A DNA stretch of 64,000 bases from Candidatus Latescibacterota bacterium. Lineage in GTDB: Bacteria; Latescibacterota; UBA2968; GCA-2709665. The stretch's first letter is position 1; every line of letters starts with the position of its first letter. This document shows, piece after piece, positions 58,025 to 64,000 of the stretch. The position numbers were made by a program, and so were the translations under genes. Under the pieces are notes generated by a model, which was given only the letters and a program-made list of their open reading frames with translations, was not told the DNA's origin and did no database searches. Location: assembly GCA_963667175.2 (NCBI GenBank), contig CAXXXF010000004.1, positions 192,001 through 256,000 on the forward strand, in the 5' to 3' direction.

Positions 58025-58380
58025 CAGGATTCCCGGGCTTAACCAACTATTGGTTCGTCGTTGTCCTGATGATGATCGGGTTCTATGGGGTGATCGCCAG
58101 CGGCAACCTGATCAAGAAGCTGATCGGCCTGAATATCTTTCAGACCTCGGTCTTCCTGTTCTACATCAGTATGGGCAAGGTCTCCGGGGGGAGCGCGCCG
58201 ATTGTCGCGGAGGGCGTGCGCAGCTATTCCAACCCGCTGCCGCATGTGCTGATTCTGACGGCGATCGTCGTCGGCATCGCCACGACGTCTCTCGGGCTGG
58301 CGCTCGTCGTGAGGATCAGGGAAGCATTCGGCACCATCGAAGAAGAGGAAATCTACGGTCGGGGCGAGGAGACGCCCTGA
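58021..58380 (+). CDS. mrpC: Mrp antiporter subunit C
   Basis: NLIKKLIGL, NPLPHVLILTAIVVG. Confidence 0.92.
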   Translation: MTGFPGLTNYWFVVVLMMIGFYGVIASGNLIKKLIGLNIFQTSVFLFYISMGKVSGGSAPIVAEGVRSYSNPLPHVLILTAIVVGIATTSLGLALVVRIREAFGTIEEEEIYGRGEETP

Positions 58381-59897
58381 TGGCCGTCCACCTGCCCATT
58401 CTGCAAATCGTGGTTCCCCTCATTGCCGCGCCGGTCTGCCTCCTGCTTCGGCGAAGAATGCTGGCCTGGGCATTCGCCACGGCCGTCGCGTGGGCGGTGC
58501 TGGGGATGACGGCCCTGCTGCTGATCCGGGTCCTGGATGCCGGTACCATCTCCTACGCGCTCGGAAGCTGGAGCGCCCCGTGGGGGATCGAGTACCGGAT
58601 CGATGCGGTCAACGCGTTCGTACTGCTCCTGGTGGCCTTCATCGGCGCCGTGGTGCTTCTGTACGCGCCACCCAGCGCCGCCCGTGAGATCCCGCATGAC
58701 CGCCACTATTTGTTTTACGCCGCATATCTCCTGTGCCTGACGGGCCTTCTCGGCATCGCCATCACCGGAGACGCGTTCAACCTGTTCGTCTTTCTCGAGA
58801 TTTCCTCCCTTTCAACCTACGCGCTGATCAGCCTTGGAGCAGACCGCCGCGCCCTGACGGCCTCGTACCAGTACCTGGTCATCGGTACCGTCGGGGCGAC
58901 GTTTATTCTCATCGGCGTGGGGCTCCTCTATATGGCCACGGGAACGCTGAACATGGCGGACCTCGCGGTACGTCTGGGTCCGGTCCTGGGCAGCAGGACA
59001 GTGCTGGCCGCGTTCGCGTTCCTCGGCGTCGGCCTGTGTTTGAAACTGGCGCTGTTTCCCCTGCACATGTGGCTGCCCGACGCGTATTGCTATGCGCCGT
59101 CCATGGTTACGGCCTTCCTCGCGGCAACGGCGACCAAGGTCTCCATCTACGTTCTCCTGCGGTTCGTCTTCACCGTTTTCGGACCGCGTTTCGCATTCGA
59201 TACGGTCGGATTGCAGGTGGTGCTGTTGCCGCTTTCGCTACTGGCCGTGTTCGCGGCCTCGGCGGTCGCCATTTTCCAGACGAACGTCAAACGCATGCTC
59301 GCCTGGTCCAGCGTTGCCCAGGTCGGTTACATCATGCTGGGAGTCGCCTTAGTGTCGGTGAGCGGCGCCGCGCCGGACGTGCGGTTCGGACCGGGGTCGT
59401 TGAATGGTCTCACCGCGGGAATCGCGCACGTGTTCAATCACGCCGTAACGAAGGGCGCGCTGTTCCTGTGCATGGGATGTATCGCCCTCCGCGCGGGCTC
59501 GGTGAATCTTGACGATATGCATGGTCTCGGACGCCGCATGCCGGTCACGACGGCCGCTCTCGTACTCGGCGGCCTGAGCCTGATCGGCGTCCCGCTTACG
59601 GTGGGATTCATCAGCAAGTGGTACCTGGTTCTGGCGGCCCTGGAGAAGGGCTGGTGGCCGGTCGCGGTTCTGGTCCTGCTGGGCTCCCTGCTGGCGGCGA
59701 TCTATGTCTGGCGGGTGGTTGAAGTCGCCTATTTCCGTAAGCCCGCAGAGCCCTCCGGGGTTAACGAGGCGCCGCTGCTGATGCACGTCCCAACGTGGAT
59801 TCTGATTGCGGCCACCCTGTATTTCGGGGTTTCGACGTCTTTCACCGTGGGCGTTGCCCGCCGGGCCGCCGGCTGGCTTCTGGGAGTCGCGCCATGA
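58380..59897 (+). CDS. mrpD: Mrp antiporter subunit D, copy 1
   Basis: DAFNLFVFLEI, FPLHMWLPDAY, GFISKW; ATG overlaps the mrpC stop. Confidence 0.9.
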   Translation: MAVHLPILQIVVPLIAAPVCLLLRRRMLAWAFATAVAWAVLGMTALLLIRVLDAGTISYALGSWSAPWGIEYRIDAVNAFVLLLVAFIGAVVLLYAPPSAAREIPHDRHYLFYAAYLLCLTGLLGIAITGDAFNLFVFLEISSLSTYALISLGADRRALTASYQYLVIGTVGATFILIGVGLLYMATGTLNMADLAVRLGPVLGSRTVLAAFAFLGVGLCLKLALFPLHMWLPDAYCYAPSMVTAFLAATATKVSIYVLLRFVFTVFGPRFAFDTVGLQVVLLPLSLLAVFAASAVAIFQTNVKRMLAWSSVAQVGYIMLGVALVSVSGAAPDVRFGPGSLNGLTAGIAHVFNHAVTKGALFLCMGCIALRAGSVNLDDMHGLGRRMPVTTAALVLGGLSLIGVPLTVGFISKWYLVLAALEKGWWPVAVLVLLGSLLAAIYVWRVVEVAYFRKPAEPSGVNEAPLLMHVPTWILIAATLYFGVSTSFTVGVARRAAGWLLGVAP

Positions 59898-61360
59898 CCG
59901 CGTCCGACGCCACGCTGATTGCCGTTCTGCTGCCCCTGCTCGGGGCCCCGCTGATCGGTCTTCTCGGTCAGAGGCCCAATCTCCGTGAGGCGGCCACGCT
60001 GGCAACCGGCGGCGTGCTTTTTTTCGTGGTTCTCTCCCTGGTTCCTGAAGTCATCTCCGGAGCGAGGCCGGGCATACAGATTCTCGAGGTGCTGCCGGGA
60101 CTCGCGCTGGCATTTGAAGTTGAACCCCTGGGCATGCTCTTCGGTTTGATCGCCTCTGGGCTCTGGATTTTGACGTCTCTTTATTCCATCGGGTACATGC
60201 GCGGGCATCACGAAACGCACCAGACCCGGTTTTACGTTTTCTTCTCGGTGGCCATCGCGGGCGCCCTGGGCGTTGCGTTTGCCCGCAACATGCTGACCCT
60301 GTTCATCTTCTACGAGATTCTGACCCTTTCGACCTACCCGCTGGTTACCCACCATCGTACGAAGGAGGCGCTGCGGTCCGGAAGGATATATCTGGGCATC
60401 CTGCTGGGCACGTCGGTGGGGTTGATGCTACTGGCGGTCACGTGGACCTGGAACCTGACGGGTACCCTGGAATTTGAACCCGGTGGAATCCTCGAGGGAA
60501 AAGCGAGTCCGGCCGTGGTGGGCCTGCTGCTGGCGCTCTATGCGTTCGGAACCGGCAAGGCCGCGCTGATGCCGTTCCACCGGTGGCTGCCGGCGGCGAT
60601 GGTGGCGCCAACGCCGGTGAGCGCCCTGCTGCACGCGGTGGCAGTCGTTAAGGCAGGTGTGTTTAGCGTGATGAAGGTTGTCGTCTACATCTTTGGCATC
60701 GACCTGCTCGCGAACACGGGCACAAGCCTGTGGCTGGCCGGTGTGGCGGCCGCAACGTTGCTGATTGCATCCCTGGTTGCGCTGACCAAAGACAATCTCA
60801 AGGCGCGTCTCGCCTATTCCACGGTCAGCCAGTTGTCCTACGTGATTCTCGGCGCGGCCCTGGCCAACAACTGGGGGATCATTGGCGGCTCCATGCATAT
60901 TGCGATGCACGCATTCGGTAAGATCACGCTGTTTTTCTGTGCCGGCGCCATCATGGTGGCCGCGCACAAGACGGAAATCAGCGAAATGGCAGGCATCGGG
61001 AAGACAATGCCGGTGACCATGTTCGCTTTTTTTGTGGGATCGCTGAGCGTCATCGGCCTGCCTCCACTTGGAGGTTCATGGAGCAAGTGGTACCTGGCGC
61101 TGGGCGCGGCGGATACCGGCCAGGTTATTCTCGTGGCCGTATTGATCGTCAGTTCGCTTTTGAACGTCGCGTATCTGATGCCGATCGTCGCGCGCGCGTT
61201 TTTTGCTGCGCCCGCCTCCGGGCCAGGGGGACCGACTCCCATACGGGAGGCCCCGGCGTTCTGCGTGGTTCCGCTTTGTTTGACGGCCCTCGGTTGTCTC
61301 GCGCTGTTCTTCGGCGCCGATGAGATCTACCGGTTGCTCGCGCCAATTGCACAACCCTGA
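59894..61360 (+). CDS. mrpD: Mrp antiporter subunit D, copy 2
   Basis: FYEILT, PFHRWLPAAMVAPTPVS, HAFGK. Confidence 0.88.
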   Translation: MTASDATLIAVLLPLLGAPLIGLLGQRPNLREAATLATGGVLFFVVLSLVPEVISGARPGIQILEVLPGLALAFEVEPLGMLFGLIASGLWILTSLYSIGYMRGHHETHQTRFYVFFSVAIAGALGVAFARNMLTLFIFYEILTLSTYPLVTHHRTKEALRSGRIYLGILLGTSVGLMLLAVTWTWNLTGTLEFEPGGILEGKASPAVVGLLLALYAFGTGKAALMPFHRWLPAAMVAPTPVSALLHAVAVVKAGVFSVMKVVVYIFGIDLLANTGTSLWLAGVAAATLLIASLVALTKDNLKARLAYSTVSQLSYVILGAALANNWGIIGGSMHIAMHAFGKITLFFCAGAIMVAAHKTEISEMAGIGKTMPVTMFAFFVGSLSVIGLPPLGGSWSKWYLALGAADTGQVILVAVLIVSSLLNVAYLMPIVARAFFAAPASGPGGPTPIREAPAFCVVPLCLTALGCLALFFGADEIYRLLAPIAQP

Positions 61361-61372
61361 CGGACGAAGCGT

Positions 61373-61618
61373 ATGGAACAAAGATCGAAAGACAGACTTG
61401 AGGGTGCCGGAATCGTAAAGAAGACGTGCCGGGTTCTCTATGCGGTCTGCGTCCTGCTGCTGTTGGCGGATGTTTTCATTCACAAACATACCCATTTTTC
61501 GGCCGAGCAATGGTTCGGATTTCATGCGTTTTACGGGTTTGTGGCCGCCGTCGTGCTTGTGCTGGCAGCCAGGGGGCTACGCGTGGTTCTGGGACGCAAG
61601 GAAGACTATTATGATTGA
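61373..61618 (+). CDS. Small 2-TM membrane protein of the Mrp cluster
   Basis: 81 aa, two hydrophobic helices, ends RKEDYYD; overlaps the next gene. Confidence 0.7.
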   Translation: MEQRSKDRLEGAGIVKKTCRVLYAVCVLLLLADVFIHKHTHFSAEQWFGFHAFYGFVAAVVLVLAARGLRVVLGRKEDYYD

Positions 61619-63299
61619 TCCGTTTCCGCCGGCGTTGATCCTGATGATCGGGTCGCTGCTGATACCGCTCCTGAGGGGGCGCATTCAGTCGGCGTATATG
61701 CTGCTGCTTCCGGTTGCCGGGCTTGTCCATCTGCACGGCCTCTCCCCGGGCGAATACTGGCAGATCGGAATCTTCGACTATTCCCTGACGCTGGTTCGAA
61801 TCGACAGACTCAGCCTGGTTTTTGGCTACGTCTTCCATATCGCCGCCCTGTTGAGCGTCGTCTATGCGCTCCACGTGAAAGACAACGTGCAGCACGTTGC
61901 CGGCCTGTTCTATGCCGGCAGCGCCATAGGCGCCCTCTTCGCGGGCGATCTCATTACCCTCTTCGTCTATTGGGAACTGACGGCGATCTCTTCCGTATTT
62001 CTGATCTGGTGCCGCCGGACCGACCGGGCCTATGCCGCCGGGATGCGCTACCTGATCGTCCAGGTCTGCTCGGGCATGATTCTGCTCGCCGGCATTCTGC
62101 TCCACCTGCGCGAGACAGGGTCGATCGCGTTTACCGGGTTGGGGCTGAACGGTCCGGGCACCACGCTGATCTTAATCGCGATTGGAATCAAATGCGCCTT
62201 TCCCCTGCTCCACAGCTGGCTGCCGGACGCCTATCCGGAGGCAACGGTGACCGGGACCGTGTTTCTGAGCGCGTTCACAACAAAGCTGGCGGTCTATGCG
62301 CTTGCCCGGGGGTTTCCCGGTACGGAGATCCTGATCCCGATCGGCGCCGCGATGACCGCGTTTCCGATGTTCTACGCGGTCATTGAAAACGACCTCAGGC
62401 GGGTGCTGTCCTACAGCCTGAATATCCAGTTGGGATTTATGGTGGTTGGCATTGGGATCGGAACGGAGACGTCCCTGAACGGTACGGCCGCCCACGCGTT
62501 CACGCACGTCCTTTACAAAGCCCTGTTGTTTATGTCGATGGGCGCCGTGCTCTACCGGACTGGCGCCGCGAAAGCGTCGGAGCTGGGCGGGCTGTACCGA
62601 TCCATGCCGCTGACTACGGTGTTCTGCATCGTTGGCGCGGCGTCGATTTCGGCCTTTCCATTCTTCAGCGGCTTCGTCAGTAAGTCGTTTATCATCTGGT
62701 CGGTAGCCAATGGTCACAACGTCCTGACATGGGTGGTCCTGGTGTTCGCGTCGGCCAGCGCGTTGATCTATATAGGCATCAGAATCCCCTACCTTGCTTT
62801 CTTCTCGCGTGATTCGGGGATCCGATGCAGGGAGGCGCCGCTGAACATGCTCGTCGCCATGGGCGCAGCAGCGGCCATGTGCGTTCTGATTGGCATGATA
62901 CCGAAACCACTGTACGATATTCTGCCTCATGCCGTGGATTTCGAACCTTATACGATGGACCACGTGATTGCCCAGGTTCAGCTGCTGTCTTTCTCCGCTC
63001 TGGCCTTCGTCCTGTTGAAACGGACCGGGATTTATCCGTCCGTACTCCGGTCGGTGAACCTGGACACCGACTGGGCGTACCGACGACTGCTTCCCGGTAT
63101 CGTCCGGATTGTTGCGCGGGCGGGCGGTTCCGCGGGAGATCCGATCCTGCGGGGCGGAAAGGCGCTGGTCGCGGCGACGATATCCGGATGCCGGCGAACC
63201 CACGGTCCCCAGGGCATTCTGGGTCGGACCTGGACTACGGGCACTGCCGTATTGGTCGTGACGATCTTTCTGGCTGCCTTCCTGATTTACTGCTTTTGA
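61611..63299 (+). CDS. mrpD: Mrp antiporter subunit D/A-like, copy 3
   Basis: YWELTA, HSWLPDAYP, SGFVSK, plus a C-terminal amphipathic-helix and TM tail. Confidence 0.88.
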   Translation: MIDPFPPALILMIGSLLIPLLRGRIQSAYMLLLPVAGLVHLHGLSPGEYWQIGIFDYSLTLVRIDRLSLVFGYVFHIAALLSVVYALHVKDNVQHVAGLFYAGSAIGALFAGDLITLFVYWELTAISSVFLIWCRRTDRAYAAGMRYLIVQVCSGMILLAGILLHLRETGSIAFTGLGLNGPGTTLILIAIGIKCAFPLLHSWLPDAYPEATVTGTVFLSAFTTKLAVYALARGFPGTEILIPIGAAMTAFPMFYAVIENDLRRVLSYSLNIQLGFMVVGIGIGTETSLNGTAAHAFTHVLYKALLFMSMGAVLYRTGAAKASELGGLYRSMPLTTVFCIVGAASISAFPFFSGFVSKSFIIWSVANGHNVLTWVVLVFASASALIYIGIRIPYLAFFSRDSGIRCREAPLNMLVAMGAAAAMCVLIGMIPKPLYDILPHAVDFEPYTMDHVIAQVQLLSFSALAFVLLKRTGIYPSVLRSVNLDTDWAYRRLLPGIVRIVARAGGSAGDPILRGGKALVAATISGCRRTHGPQGILGRTWTTGTAVLVVTIFLAAFLIYCF

Positions 63300-63487
63300 A
63301 ATCGGGAACAACCAGTAATGTATAAGTATAATAAAAACCATTAATTGTGCTGTTTTTTCGTTGCGCATGGCAGATGTGTTTTCCGGCAATTATCCACATT
63401 CGCGTCAGATTGAAACTTTAGGCTTGACATTTTTATCGCATCCCCGTTAATTAATGTCGCTAATAATTATCACCGAGGACTTCTGCG

Positions 63488-64000
63488 TTGCCTGACCTGA
63501 ACTGGATCGTGCTCGTTCCCTCGTTGATCGTGGCGGCCAGCGCGCTGCTGATCCTGTGCATCGACGTCGTCCGGCCCGCAAATCGGGGTACGGGCGCGGC
63601 ATACGCTGCCATTGTCGGAACGGGCCTGGCGGCGGTCGCCTGCGCGGGTCTCTGGGGACGGTCCGAGCAGGCTTTTGGCGGCATGCTCGCGCTGGACAAT
63701 TTCGCGCTCTTTTCCAACGTTATATTTACAGTCGGCACGGCGCTGACCATTTTTGTTTCCACAGGGTACCTGAGGCGGGAACGAGGCAGCCGCAGCGAAT
63801 ATTATCTGCTGCTGCTGACGGCCACCCTGGGCATGATGCTCATGGCCGCGGGGACGGATCTTATCGTCATCTTCCTGGGCCTGGAACTGATGTCCCTGTC
63901 ACTCTATATCCTGGTCGGATTCCTCAGTTCGCGTTCCGTGTCCAACGAAGCCTCCTTGAAGTACCTGCTGCTGGGCGCATTTGCGACCGGGTTTCTGCTC
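63488..64000 (+). CDS. nuoN: NADH-quinone oxidoreductase subunit N (runs off the window; not in the ORF track)
   Basis: TTG start after GAGGA; translates ...EYYLLLLTATLGMMLMAAGTDLIVIFLGLELMSLSLYIL...EASLKYLLLGAFATGFLL. Confidence 0.92.
   Translation, partial: MPDLNWIVLVPSLIVAASALLILCIDVVRPANRGTGAAYAAIVGTGLAAVACAGLWGRSEQAFGGMLALDNFALFSNVIFTVGTALTIFVSTGYLRRERGSRSEYYLLLLTATLGMMLMAAGTDLIVIFLGLELMSLSLYILVGFLSSRSVSNEASLKYLLLGAFATGFLL

Overview
Bacterial window in four blocks. (1) 0.1-3.9 kb: a TonB-dependent receptor, a group II intron 3'-end remnant and a DUF4377-like gene relic. (2) 4.0-19.5 kb: a sup-type type I PKS (KS-AT-DH-MT-ER-KR-ACP-KS-AT*) with a free ACP, alpha/beta hydrolase, surE, a nucleobase permease fused to an RsbW-like domain, and a STAS protein. 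This cluster type suggests a marine-sponge symbiont (inference). (3) 19.7-43.4 kb: a visibly more AT-rich, all-minus-strand defence island with no integrase or transposase. It is built on a type I R-M system whose hsdS-hsdR interval carries Kiwa, a DUF6978/DUF1828-like pair, an ABC-ATPase+PIN pair and a five-gene SLATT-TGT-OGG-QueC-TIR operon. Downstream lie duplicated M48 peptidases, an orphan FitA-like antitoxin and an N6-MTase + PD-(D/E)xK pair. Diverged fragments of neighbouring genes sit between the cassettes. (4) 44.6-64 kb: a complex I operon lacking nuoB and nuoI, with a 10-gene Mrp antiporter cluster between nuoM and nuoN. The best candidate for an undescribed system is the SLATT-TGT-OGG-QueC-TIR operon: it has the type IV CBASS ancillary genes but no cyclase, and a Thoeris-like TIR with an MGGxGSG N-terminus stands in the cyclase's place. 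All family calls come from motif recognition by eye, not from database searches.
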